Under the pieces are notes generated by a model. It was not told the origin of the DNA. It worked only from the letters and a program-made list of their open reading frames with translations, and did not search any database. A program made the position numbers and the translations under genes. Shown here piece by piece: positions 8,980 through 16,838 of a DNA stretch of 17,555 nucleotides; within the stretch, counting starts at the first letter, position 1; the number at the start of each line of letters is the position of its first letter. The DNA is from Gemmatimonadales bacterium. GTDB lineage: Bacteria; Gemmatimonadota; Gemmatimonadetes; Gemmatimonadales; GWC2-71-9. The DNA is taken from contig JBBQFH010000042.1 of the NCBI GenBank assembly GCA_038321865.1, positions 1 to 17,555 of the forward strand, given 5' to 3'.

Positions 8980-9893
8980 GCAGCTCTCCTCAACGGAATG
9001 GCACCAAGATATGCATTGACGCCGAGCAGCGCGGGCTGGTCGGCAAGTCCGGGCCGCGTCCCCTCACCGGCACCGGTCACGGTCCACCGCTCCGTCACCG
9101 CCCCGGACAGGTGCGCCGGCAGGATCAGCGGGAACAGGGCCTGGCGCTGGCGCCCATTGTCGCGGGTCGAATGCCGGCGCCAATCATCGAGCGAGAGCGG
9201 GCCGTATGTGATCTCGACCCGGGCGTCGCCGCGCATCCCTCCACCCAGCACCGCGTCGAAGCCCAGTCTGCCGTTCCGCGCGCCGAGGCGTGTAATGGCC
9301 TCTGGAGAAACAGGCACGAGGTCGGTCCGTACTCGCACGTCGGCCACGGGAAGGCCGAACACCGCCTGCATCGCCACCCGCAACGCCGCGCCGGTTCCGC
9401 CCAACGCGTGCAGCCGGGGAACCAGCCGGGCGAGCGGATGCCAGCGCTCCTCGGGCCATGGGTCAGCGGAAATCGCGAACAGATCTTCCAGCCAGCGGCG
9501 GGCGGTCATCGGCTCGTCGGCGTGCAGCGCGAGGTACGCCCCGCCCTGCCGCAGGAAGAAGCCGAGCTTGAGGGCCGGGTTGTCGAAAATGGCGAAGAGC
9601 CGGTCGGCGCGGAACTCGGTCTCGCTCTCGTCACGCAGGGGGAACGGGAGCAGGTCCATCGCACCGCTGCCCCCGACCCGGAGCACGATCCGCGACACCC
9701 GCGTGAGCGCGACTCCGGGCGCGGGGTCCTGCGACACCACGCTGCCCTGGGATTCACCGGGGCCGGCGCTCTCCAGCACCACGCGCCCGAAATCCACGCC
9801 GAGGCGGAGCAGCGTCAGCAGCGCCGAATCGATGCGGTGCCGGGCGGTTCGTCGCACACCGGCCAGGTCGGGCATCACGATGGGATCAGCCAT
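8976..9893 (-). CDS. tssG: T6SS baseplate subunit TssG-like protein with N-terminal PASTA-like domain (305 aa)
   Basis: Lies between tssF and tssK. TssG-like GAMDLLPFPL, LVPRLHALGGTGAALRVAMQAVFGLPV, RLG...LGFDAVLG and VEITYGPLS. Residues ~5-74 match the PASTA pattern. 8-nt overlap with tssF. Confidence 0.75.
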   Translation of the reverse strand: MADPIVMPDLAGVRRTARHRIDSALLTLLRLGVDFGRVVLESAGPGESQGSVVSQDPAPGVALTRVSRIVLRVGGSGAMDLLPFPLRDESETEFRADRLFAIFDNPALKLGFFLRQGGAYLALHADEPMTARRWLEDLFAISADPWPEERWHPLARLVPRLHALGGTGAALRVAMQAVFGLPVADVRVRTDLVPVSPEAITRLGARNGRLGFDAVLGGGMRGDARVEITYGPLSLDDWRRHSTRDNGRQRQALFPLILPAHLSGAVTERWTVTGAGEGTRPGLADQPALLGVNAYLGAIPLRRAA

Positions 9894-11598
9894 CGGCGGT
9901 CACGCTCACCTGGACATCGTACCCGAGCACGGCACGGTCCTGGAGGTGACGGGTGAGCTGCGCGCTGAGCCGCGGCAGCTCGGCTTCCGCATCCGCAAAA
10001 TCGGCGGCCGCCACCGTGGCGCGGACCCGTTGGCCGTGCCGGGCACTCCCCCCTTCGAGCGCCGTGACCGGCTCGACGCGCACGTCGCGGATTCTCGGCT
10101 CGAACGCCCGGACGGCGACCTCCGCATCCGCCGCCGTCACTACCCGCTCGCGCGTACGGACCAGCTCCGCGAAGCGGAGCTTGGCCGGCGCGTATTCCGG
10201 CGGGGCGGATCCGCCGCGCGAGGGCACGAGGTTGGCCACCTTCGCCGTGACGTTGGTCAGCGGGCTGCCGATCCGCTGGATCGCGCCGGGATCGATGCCG
10301 TTGGCGTTCTCGCCGTCGCAGTATAGCAGGCGGACCATGGCGTAGGTGTCGAGGCGGCCGGCCGCGTCCTGCGCGGGTCGCATGTCGAGCCGGCGATCGC
10401 GGTATCGCCACCGGCCGGAGCCGAGGGGCACGTCGAGCGCGGCGTCGGACGCGTAGGTCGCCCCGCGCTCGCCCGAAACGCTCAGCACTCCCATAAGGAA
10501 GCGGCCGCGCCGCCCCTCCGGCTCCAGCGTCACGACACTGCCCATGCGATCGAACGGCACCTGTTCGGAGATGACTTCCATGTTGGAGGCGGTCACCGCG
10601 TTCGGCGCGATGCGCTGGAGCGAGGCGGCGACGCCGGTCGTGCCCGGTGACAGCGGGATCTGCAGCCACACGAGCGGCTGCCCCAGCCCCTTCGCCTGCT
10701 CGGCCGGCAGCAGTGATGGAATGGCCGCCGAGATCAGGACGGGCACCCCCGTTCGCCAACGGCGGTCCTCGGGCACGGGCGGAAACACGAAGACCTGCTG
10801 GCCGAACGGTCCGCCGGCAAGATCGACCACGTCCGCCAGCCCGCCGGCCGCTTCGGGTGCGGTCGAGTCCGCGAGCCACGCCAGCTGGAGCACTCCACCC
10901 CGTCCGGCCCGGGCCCGAAGCGTGCCGCGTTCGGTCGCCGCCCCGGCCTCATCGAGCAGATGCCAGGGGCTTCGCTCCAGCGCGACCGCAACCGGCCCGC
11001 CGAGCGGAAGGGTGTCGAGCAGGAGGCCGAGGCCGCCGAGGTGCGGACCGTCCGCATCGAACGCGAGGAAGAGTGTTGGTGGCGCGCCGGCAAGGGGAAG
11101 CGCCGCGGTCGACGGCATGGTGAACGCGCCGCCCTTGACCGGCCGCGCCCCGGAGATGGTCGTGAGCCTCCCCGCCTCATACACCGCGGCGAATCGAAGC
11201 TCGGTCGGTGCGAGCTCGATCGATTCGTCGGGCACGAAGGCGAAGCGCTCGCCGGAGCGCGCGGCGCCGAGCAGCTCGGCATCGAGCGGCAGGCGCTCCC
11301 GCTGGGTGATGCCCGAAAAGGCGACGACCGTCTGGGACGGCTGGGCCAGCCGCGGCGGCATGCCGAGGCCGGCGAGCAGGTCGTCGATCACGCCGAGCGG
11401 AAACGCGTACTCGGCTTCCTGGTAGAGCCGCCCGATCTGGGTGGCGAAGGCGTGGAAGAGCGTGGCGAGCACGGGGTCGGGCTGCGCCTGCGTGCCGTAG
11501 CGCTGCTGCAGGGCGACGTCGAATTCCCGCCGGAGCTCAGCGGCGATTTCGCCGGCGTCGCGCGCCGCAGCGCCGAGAACGGAGGGCGTCGCGGCCAT
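9886..11598 (-). CDS. tssF: T6SS baseplate wedge TssF / baseplate-J (gp6)-like protein (570 aa)
   Basis: Start re-called to ATG 11598, 1 nt after the vgrG stop. N-terminal DPVLATLFHAFATQI and LGMPPRLAQPSQTVVAF. C-terminal YCDGENANGI..VANLVPSRGG..E..AKLRF..VRTRERVVTAADAE. Confidence 0.8.
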   Translation of the reverse strand: MAATPSVLGAAARDAGEIAAELRREFDVALQQRYGTQAQPDPVLATLFHAFATQIGRLYQEAEYAFPLGVIDDLLAGLGMPPRLAQPSQTVVAFSGITQRERLPLDAELLGAARSGERFAFVPDESIELAPTELRFAAVYEAGRLTTISGARPVKGGAFTMPSTAALPLAGAPPTLFLAFDADGPHLGGLGLLLDTLPLGGPVAVALERSPWHLLDEAGAATERGTLRARAGRGGVLQLAWLADSTAPEAAGGLADVVDLAGGPFGQQVFVFPPVPEDRRWRTGVPVLISAAIPSLLPAEQAKGLGQPLVWLQIPLSPGTTGVAASLQRIAPNAVTASNMEVISEQVPFDRMGSVVTLEPEGRRGRFLMGVLSVSGERGATYASDAALDVPLGSGRWRYRDRRLDMRPAQDAAGRLDTYAMVRLLYCDGENANGIDPGAIQRIGSPLTNVTAKVANLVPSRGGSAPPEYAPAKLRFAELVRTRERVVTAADAEVAVRAFEPRIRDVRVEPVTALEGGSARHGQRVRATVAAADFADAEAELPRLSAQLTRHLQDRAVLGYDVQVSVTADG

Positions 11599-11599
11599 G

Positions 11600-13516
11600 C
11601 TACTTCGCGGGCTCGGGGTCGCCGTCGCTCTCGAACCGGGGGGTCGGCGGCGGCACCTTGCGCTTGCCCCAGCTGCTGCCGAGCTCACCCGGGAGGATGG
11701 GCGGCGGCGACACCTTGGGCGGCTCAGGCGGGACGACCGGCGGGTTGAGCTGGACCGTGCCGCCGGACACGACGGCCATCGCGGCTCCCTGGATGATGCT
11801 GATGGGGGCGGCCATCCGTGCCTGGCCGGGTATGAGCGAGACCGTGGCCCCGCCGCCGGTGTAGAAGCCGCCCAGATCAGAGGAGAGCTGCATGAAGCCC
11901 TTGGACTCATGCGTCATCTGGCCCTTCACGGTGACCGTCTCGTCGCCCGCGATGACGCGCTTCACCCCGCCGCCGATATCCTCGCGCAGCGACGCGGCCC
12001 GCAGCTGAATTTGGCCCCTGGCCTCGAGGATCAGGTCGCCCTCCGAGTGGAGCGTCACCCGGGGATGCCCGTCCTTGTTGGACATCTGCAGCATGCACTT
12101 CCCTTCCGGGGTGAACAGCTCGATGAAGCCGTCGTCGTGAAAGAGCAGCGTGTTGCCGCTCTTGGTCACGATCTGCTTGGGCTCCTGCCCCGGGCACCCG
12201 TCCTTGCCGTTCCAGAGAGAGCCCATGACCAGCACGTGCTCCGGGTCACCCTGGGCGAAGTAGATCAGCACCTCATCGCCCGGCTCGGGCAGGAACACGA
12301 GTCCGCGCTGGTTGCCGGCGAACGGCGTCACCACACGCGCCAGAATCTTGGTCGCGGTATCCGGCGGCACATGCGCCATGCGCACGAACATGAATCCGGT
12401 GGCGAGCGTCTCCGGTGGTGTTTCCAGCGCCTCGCCGACGAACGGACCGGGTGCGCCCTGCAGCGGCGGCCGCCGGAAATTGCTGAAATTCTTCCACGGG
12501 CTCGCGACGAAGGTGTTGCGATACTCGGCCGAATCCCAGAGGTGCGTCAGCTCGACGACGCCGAATACGCCGGTGGACCCGCTCAGCGAAAACCCCGGCG
12601 CGTCCACGATCTGCACCGTCTCGCCAAGCCGCACGAGGAAATCGCGGCACTGGCCTTCCACCGTCACTGCGCCGCCGAGCGCGCGCTCGCTCTCGCGGTG
12701 GAGCACGTCGCGGAACTGGTCGCGAAGGCCCGCCCGCGAATCGGACATGATGAGGTTGGGATCCTGGCCCCCGGCGAACGCGGGCGCCGCCGACTTCACG
12801 GCCTCGGCCAGCTTCAGGGCGCCGGTCACGACCGGCTCCTTGTGCTGGTCGCGAAAGCGGAAGTCGGCCTTGGTCCGCTGCTCGTAGACGGCGCCGCGGA
12901 AGCGGTGATTGACCAGCCCGCTCCGCGCGCGAAGTCCCAGAAGCTCCCGGCCGAAGGTCAGCACCCGCCGCCGGGCATCGTCGAACTCGGAGCGGAGCTG
13001 CGCCTGCCCGTCACGCTCGATCAGGTAGAACCCGGCGTCGTCGGCGAGCCGGCGGGAGAACTCGAGCCGGGTCTCGCCGAACATCCGGTAGCCGTTGCTC
13101 GGCACCTTGAAGCGCGGCGTGCCCTTCACCTCGAGCTTGAGGCCCTTCACGGCATCTTCGAATGACGTTCCGAATGCCGTCGCCCGGCGGTTCCGCTCCA
13201 TGTTGAACAGGAGCGGGCTGGAGGCCTGAAGCTCGAAGCGCGAGCCGCCGCGGAGCTGATGATCCTGCGTACCGCCGGTCATCACCCCTTCGAACAGCAC
13301 GGCTTTCGCATTGGCCAGGATGCTGTCGTCGGCGATCTCGATCGTGAGCGGGCCGTGCAGATCCTGGAGGTCCAGCGGCGTGCTGGTGTCCCGGTCGAAC
13401 CGCATGACGCACCGGTGCGGCTCGCCAAGCCTGGAGGTGATCTCCAGATGCTCGATCTCCCGGTTCTTGAGGACCGTCCGGCCGCCGCCGAGCGTGGCCG
13501 TGATCAACACACCCAT
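11600..13516 (-). CDS. vgrG: VgrG/TssI spike protein (gp27-like hub + gp5 OB-fold + beta-helix, Pro-rich tail; 638 aa)
   Basis: Start re-called to ATG 13516 (GGGAGA RBS). LFEGVMT and ETRLEFSRRLA in the hub region. OB-fold ARVVTPFAGNQRGLVFLPEPGDEVLIYFAQGDPEHVLVMGSLWNG. TKSGNTLLFHDD, then beta-repeats ending GGTVQLN. Confidence 0.9.
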   Translation of the reverse strand: MGVLITATLGGGRTVLKNREIEHLEITSRLGEPHRCVMRFDRDTSTPLDLQDLHGPLTIEIADDSILANAKAVLFEGVMTGGTQDHQLRGGSRFELQASSPLLFNMERNRRATAFGTSFEDAVKGLKLEVKGTPRFKVPSNGYRMFGETRLEFSRRLADDAGFYLIERDGQAQLRSEFDDARRRVLTFGRELLGLRARSGLVNHRFRGAVYEQRTKADFRFRDQHKEPVVTGALKLAEAVKSAAPAFAGGQDPNLIMSDSRAGLRDQFRDVLHRESERALGGAVTVEGQCRDFLVRLGETVQIVDAPGFSLSGSTGVFGVVELTHLWDSAEYRNTFVASPWKNFSNFRRPPLQGAPGPFVGEALETPPETLATGFMFVRMAHVPPDTATKILARVVTPFAGNQRGLVFLPEPGDEVLIYFAQGDPEHVLVMGSLWNGKDGCPGQEPKQIVTKSGNTLLFHDDGFIELFTPEGKCMLQMSNKDGHPRVTLHSEGDLILEARGQIQLRAASLREDIGGGVKRVIAGDETVTVKGQMTHESKGFMQLSSDLGGFYTGGGATVSLIPGQARMAAPISIIQGAAMAVVSGGTVQLNPPVVPPEPPKVSPPPILPGELGSSWGKRKVPPPTPRFESDGDPEPAK

Positions 13517-13544
13517 GCGGATCTCCCGGGCACGGCGGGCACGG

Positions 13545-13913
13545 TCAGGTCGTGACCGCGGCGGATACGGGCTGAGGATCGTCGCCGACGAGCAGCGAGA
13601 TATCGAACCGGCGCTCCCCGTAGGCGGCGCCGCCGCGCAGGCTGCGGACGTGCTGCACCCGCGCCCAGGTGACACCGAGCCGGGCGAGGGACTCGTTCAG
13701 CGCGTCGCTCAGCGACGCCTGGTCCTCGACATCGGGATTGACGCCGAGGAACTGCTCGTGCAGCCCGAACCAGCGCGCGTGTGGCCAGCTGTTGGCGGTG
13801 GTCGCCACCATGGCCTGAATGAGGCGGAGCACCGCCTCGGCCCCGTCGCTGCGCGCCAGCTGGCCGTCGGGCGTGATGCGGAACGGCAGGGCCAGCGTGC
13901 GTACGTCCGTCAC
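13545..13913 (-). CDS. tssE: TssE / gp25-like baseplate protein (122 aa)
   Basis: Size and position between hcp and vgrG fit. LALPF..GQLAR..EAVLRLIQAMVATTANSWPHARWFG aligns with the gp25 pattern L.T..Ge.p..p.fG. Confidence 0.72.
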   Translation of the reverse strand: MTDVRTLALPFRITPDGQLARSDGAEAVLRLIQAMVATTANSWPHARWFGLHEQFLGVNPDVEDQASLSDALNESLARLGVTWARVQHVRSLRGGAAYGERRFDISLLVGDDPQPVSAAVTT

Positions 13914-13919
13914 AACGAC

Positions 13920-14399
13920 CTACTTCGTGAACTTGTGCTTGGTCACGTTCGCCTCGTCCAGCACGACCGCCAGCTCGAGATAGAGCAGATTGGTGAAGCT
14001 GACCGACGCCGTGGTCGTCGCGTCGCCGCTGCCGATGTTGCCACCGGCCCCCGGAATGTTCGACACCTTCGGATTGGTGTACTGAAAGACCGAGATCCAG
14101 CCCATGAACTCGATGTTGCTCAGCACCTTGTCGCTGTCGTCGAGATAGTAGGTGATCGAGATCTTGTGGAGCGGATCCTTGCTCTCGGTCGCCATTTTCC
14201 ACAGCTCGACCTGATTGTTCTGCGAGATGTTGTCGATGTGGGCGGCGTCCACCCAGACGTAGGCGCGTCCCGCCAGCGATTCCCCGACCCGGCGGCCAAC
14301 GTTGTTGGCCTGCCGTGTCAGGCTGTACTTCGCCTCCAGCGGAAAGAACTTCACGCTGTCCACTTCGCACATGACGCGCTTGTATGTCGCACCTGCCAT
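13920..14399 (-). CDS. tssD: Tube protein Hcp/TssD, Bacteroidota (T6SSiii)-like (159 aa)
   Basis: Strong RBS GAGGAGG. LEAKYSLTRQANNVGR resembles the TssD pattern l.c.Ysl.r..d..Gr; KISITYYLDDSDKVLSNIEFMGWISVF follows. Located after the sheath genes. Confidence 0.75.
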   Translation of the reverse strand: MAGATYKRVMCEVDSVKFFPLEAKYSLTRQANNVGRRVGESLAGRAYVWVDAAHIDNISQNNQVELWKMATESKDPLHKISITYYLDDSDKVLSNIEFMGWISVFQYTNPKVSNIPGAGGNIGSGDATTTASVSFTNLLYLELAVVLDEANVTKHKFTK

Positions 14400-14447
14400 G
14401 GAGCCTCCTCGAACCGTGTGGGGTCGTCGCGCGCAGTAGGGTGTGAG

Positions 14448-14792
14448 TTACAGGCCGAGCAGCCGGGTCACGCGTGCGAGCAGACCGGGGTCGTCGGCGG
14501 GCCCCGGCGGTGCCTGGGCTGCCGCAGTCGGCTCGGCCGGCTCGGCCGGCTCGGCGGCGTCAGATTCGGGCGCGGGAGCCCGTCCGCCGAAGGCCGATAC
14601 ATCCCGCTCGCCGGGGTCCGCCGGACGGGCGCGGGCCGAGAAATTGAGCCGGGACATCCGGGTGTGGTCTCCCCGCGCCAGGTGACCGCCGCCGGAGAGA
14701 TCGCGGGAGACCTTGACCTGGCGGCCTTCATGCTCGCTGAAGCGCAGGTCGGGCTTGCCGTCGGGCCCGATCGGCGGGCCGTCTTCGCTCAC
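14448..14792 (-). CDS. Hypothetical 114-aa, largely disordered protein with C-terminal amphipathic helix
   Basis: GTG start overlaps the tssC stop (GTGA), with AAGGAAG upstream. Fills the tssC-hcp gap. Rich in Pro/Ala/Glu and ends GLLARVTRLLGL. Confidence 0.6.
   Translation of the reverse strand: MSEDGPPIGPDGKPDLRFSEHEGRQVKVSRDLSGGGHLARGDHTRMSRLNFSARARPADPGERDVSAFGGRAPAPESDAAEPAEPAEPTAAAQAPPGPADDPGLLARVTRLLGL
14530..14555. repeat. 9-bp tandem repeat (GGCTCGGCC, ~3 copies) encoding AEP-AEP-AEP
   Basis: ggctcggcc ggctcggcc ggctcggc read directly from the sequence. Confidence 0.7.
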
Positions 14793-16138
14793 TTCGCTTC
14801 CTTCGCCGTGTTGAACTTGGGCGTATCGATCTTGAGATTGAACGTTTCGGCCGGTCCGACGGGCAGCACCTCGAGCCCGATATCGAGGATCCCCTGGGCG
14901 AACTTGTCCTCGTCCATATCGATGTCGAGGGTGTAGTTGTAGATGGTGCCCTTCTTCTTCTCGTCCTCGAGGAACTCCTCGATCGGGTTCCGGACCTGAT
15001 CCTTGACCAGATCACGGGTGAGCCGCTGCTCGGCGACGCGGCGGAGGTACACGGCCATCCGGCGCTCGAGATACCGGAGCACCCGGTAGGACGTGAAGAA
15101 CTTGAGCACGCCCTTGGGATCCTCGGCCTGGGAGCGGCTGCCGACGAAGCAGAGGTCGTTGTCCTCGTTCCGGATGATCGTGACGATCTGCCGCTCCATG
15201 GACAGGTGCTCCATCTGCGAAATGCGCGGCTCGATGCGCGACTTGTCGACCCCGCGGATCTTGCCGAAAATCATGCCGACCGGCCCCTGGGCGATTCCGC
15301 CACCGGTGGAGCGGTCGGTGCGCGCCAGCGAGCCGGCGAAGAGCATCGATGCCGGCGCGAACAGATCGGCATCATCGGAGTCGCCATCGGGCCGCTCGAA
15401 CCAGTGCTTGTCGCGGAGCTTCACGTAGCCGGCGACCACGACGTCGGCCGCGGCCTTGTCCTCGGGACGCTTGAGGAATTCGTAGGCACCGCCATCGGTG
15501 CGAAACTGATCGCTGAGCGTGCGGAAGCTCTTCTCGTCCTTGAGATCGCCGATGAGCAGCATGCCCCACTGGTTCGCGATGTCTTCCAGCCGCTTGCGGA
15601 CGTTATCGGGCACATAGCCCGGCACCACCAGGTTGCAGATGAACTGCCGGAAGTTGAAGCTGTCGTTCCGGCTCTGGATGAACTCATCGAGCGCGACGAT
15701 CGTCGAGCTGTCGGCGTCCTTCGTGATGGCCTTGGTGTCGGCGTTGAAGATGAAGAACTCGACCGGCGGGCGCTGCACGCCGTCGCGCACGTCGGCGTTC
15801 TCGAAGAAGAGGTGCAGCTGCCGGTAGCTCCGTTCCATCGGCCGGATCTTCTCGTACAGCTGCGCCAGCACCTCGTCGCGCATCTTCTCGGCCTTGGCGA
15901 TCGCCTCGTCCAGCTTCTTGAGCGCCTGGGCGTAGCTGTCGGTGTCGGAGAGCAGCGCGGCGAAGTTGGCGATCCGGTCCTGGAACTGCGAGGCCGACTC
16001 GGCGGTGAAGATGTCCTTCAGCGCGGTCTTGGTCGGCGCCGGGTGGATGACGTTGAAGATTTCCTCGATCGCCTTGGCTGCCGACCGGGTGCCGATGATG
16101 TCCTGGGCCGACTTGACCATCACGTTGTCCGCGCTCAT
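14789..16138 (-). CDS. tssC: Contractile sheath large subunit TssC, Bacteroidota-type (DUF5458-like; 449 aa)
   Basis: RPMERSYRQLHLFFEN, FFIFNA, NLVVPGYV...IANQWGMLLIGDL and LFAPASMLFAG. Sheath C-terminal fold YRVLRYLERRM...IEEFLE..KKKGTIYNY....ILDIGLEVLPVGPAETFNLKI. ATGA overlap with tssB. Confidence 0.88.
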   Translation of the reverse strand: MSADNVMVKSAQDIIGTRSAAKAIEEIFNVIHPAPTKTALKDIFTAESASQFQDRIANFAALLSDTDSYAQALKKLDEAIAKAEKMRDEVLAQLYEKIRPMERSYRQLHLFFENADVRDGVQRPPVEFFIFNADTKAITKDADSSTIVALDEFIQSRNDSFNFRQFICNLVVPGYVPDNVRKRLEDIANQWGMLLIGDLKDEKSFRTLSDQFRTDGGAYEFLKRPEDKAAADVVVAGYVKLRDKHWFERPDGDSDDADLFAPASMLFAGSLARTDRSTGGGIAQGPVGMIFGKIRGVDKSRIEPRISQMEHLSMERQIVTIIRNEDNDLCFVGSRSQAEDPKGVLKFFTSYRVLRYLERRMAVYLRRVAEQRLTRDLVKDQVRNPIEEFLEDEKKKGTIYNYTLDIDMDEDKFAQGILDIGLEVLPVGPAETFNLKIDTPKFNTAKEAK

Positions 16139-16605
16139 CCCTCGCCTCCCGCGATCCGCTTGAGCTGGGCCTGCAGGTCGCCGAGGGCGCCGATGATCTC
16201 CTTGCGCTGGGCCTCGTTGTCCCAGGCCTTCTTGACCGCGAGGAGCGTAAAGCGCTCCCGCATGCGGTGCAGCAGGTCGATCTGGCTCTGCAGGTCGGCG
16301 ATGTCGTTGCGCTTGCCCGGCTCGCGCGCCCGGATCTGCTTGGGATCGAAGTCCTTCAGGCTCCGGAAATCGAGTTCGGCGACAAACTCGGTCCCCTCGT
16401 CGCCGACGTTGGTCTTGAAGTCGAGCTTGGGGGCGAACTTCTCGAACGCCTCGGCGACGCTCGAGACCTTGGTCGGGCCCTCATCCTCCGGGCACTCTTC
16501 ACCGATGCGGTCGAGCGTCATCGGCATCACGGTGGCCGTGGTCTCGGTCGGGACCTCGCGCGGCGCCGAGCGCACCCCGGCGCGGGTGACCTTTACGACT
16601 GGCAT
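16135..16605 (-). CDS. tssB: Contractile sheath small subunit TssB (156 aa)
   Basis: Start re-called to ATG 16605 (GAGGAG 8 nt upstream). SVAEAFEKFAPKLDF...ELDFRSLKDFDPKQI matches the TssB L.F.sl.DF.P..i motif, followed by a helical C-terminus. Confidence 0.85.
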   Translation of the reverse strand: MPVVKVTRAGVRSAPREVPTETTATVMPMTLDRIGEECPEDEGPTKVSSVAEAFEKFAPKLDFKTNVGDEGTEFVAELDFRSLKDFDPKQIRAREPGKRNDIADLQSQIDLLHRMRERFTLLAVKKAWDNEAQRKEIIGALGDLQAQLKRIAGGEG

Positions 16606-16793
16606 GTCGGACTCTCCTCGGATGTCGAACGGGCGGGGCCGGAACGCCCCCGGGGCGTCGGGGCCGGCATCGGGCGCGCGCATGCCGGCCGCAGGCTGTT
16701 GGCGACGGATGGCGAGGCGATCGGAAGGCGCATCGGACGTCCTGGTGTCGGGGACGAGCGGAACTGCCGGCGGTGGTGTGTCGGGACGCGTTG

Positions 16794-16822
16794 AGTCTAC
16801 GCCCGAACTCGCGGGCGGTCAA
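16794..16822 (-). promoter_or_regulatory. Putative sigma70-type promoter of the T6SS operon (TTGACC-N17-TAGACT)
   Basis: Minus-strand -35 TTGACC at 16822-16817 and -10 TAGACT at 16799-16794, with a 17-nt spacer. Confidence 0.6.
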
Positions 16823-16838
16823 CAGATTGGACCGGCCG

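Noticed and set aside
7369..16605. Prophage tail, tailocin or eCIS (Afp/PVC) interpretation
   Set aside because: The sheath is split into TssB and TssC, and TssK and a Clp-type ATPase are present. No capsid, terminase, tape measure, Afp15-type ATPase, integrase or lysis genes were seen.
7344..16683. ORF-track N-terminal extensions of clpV (7478), tssF (11910), vgrG (13675) and tssB (16683)
   Set aside because: The extensions overlap upstream genes or are low-complexity. Downstream ATGs at 7343, 11598, 13516 and 16605 have an RBS or translational coupling.
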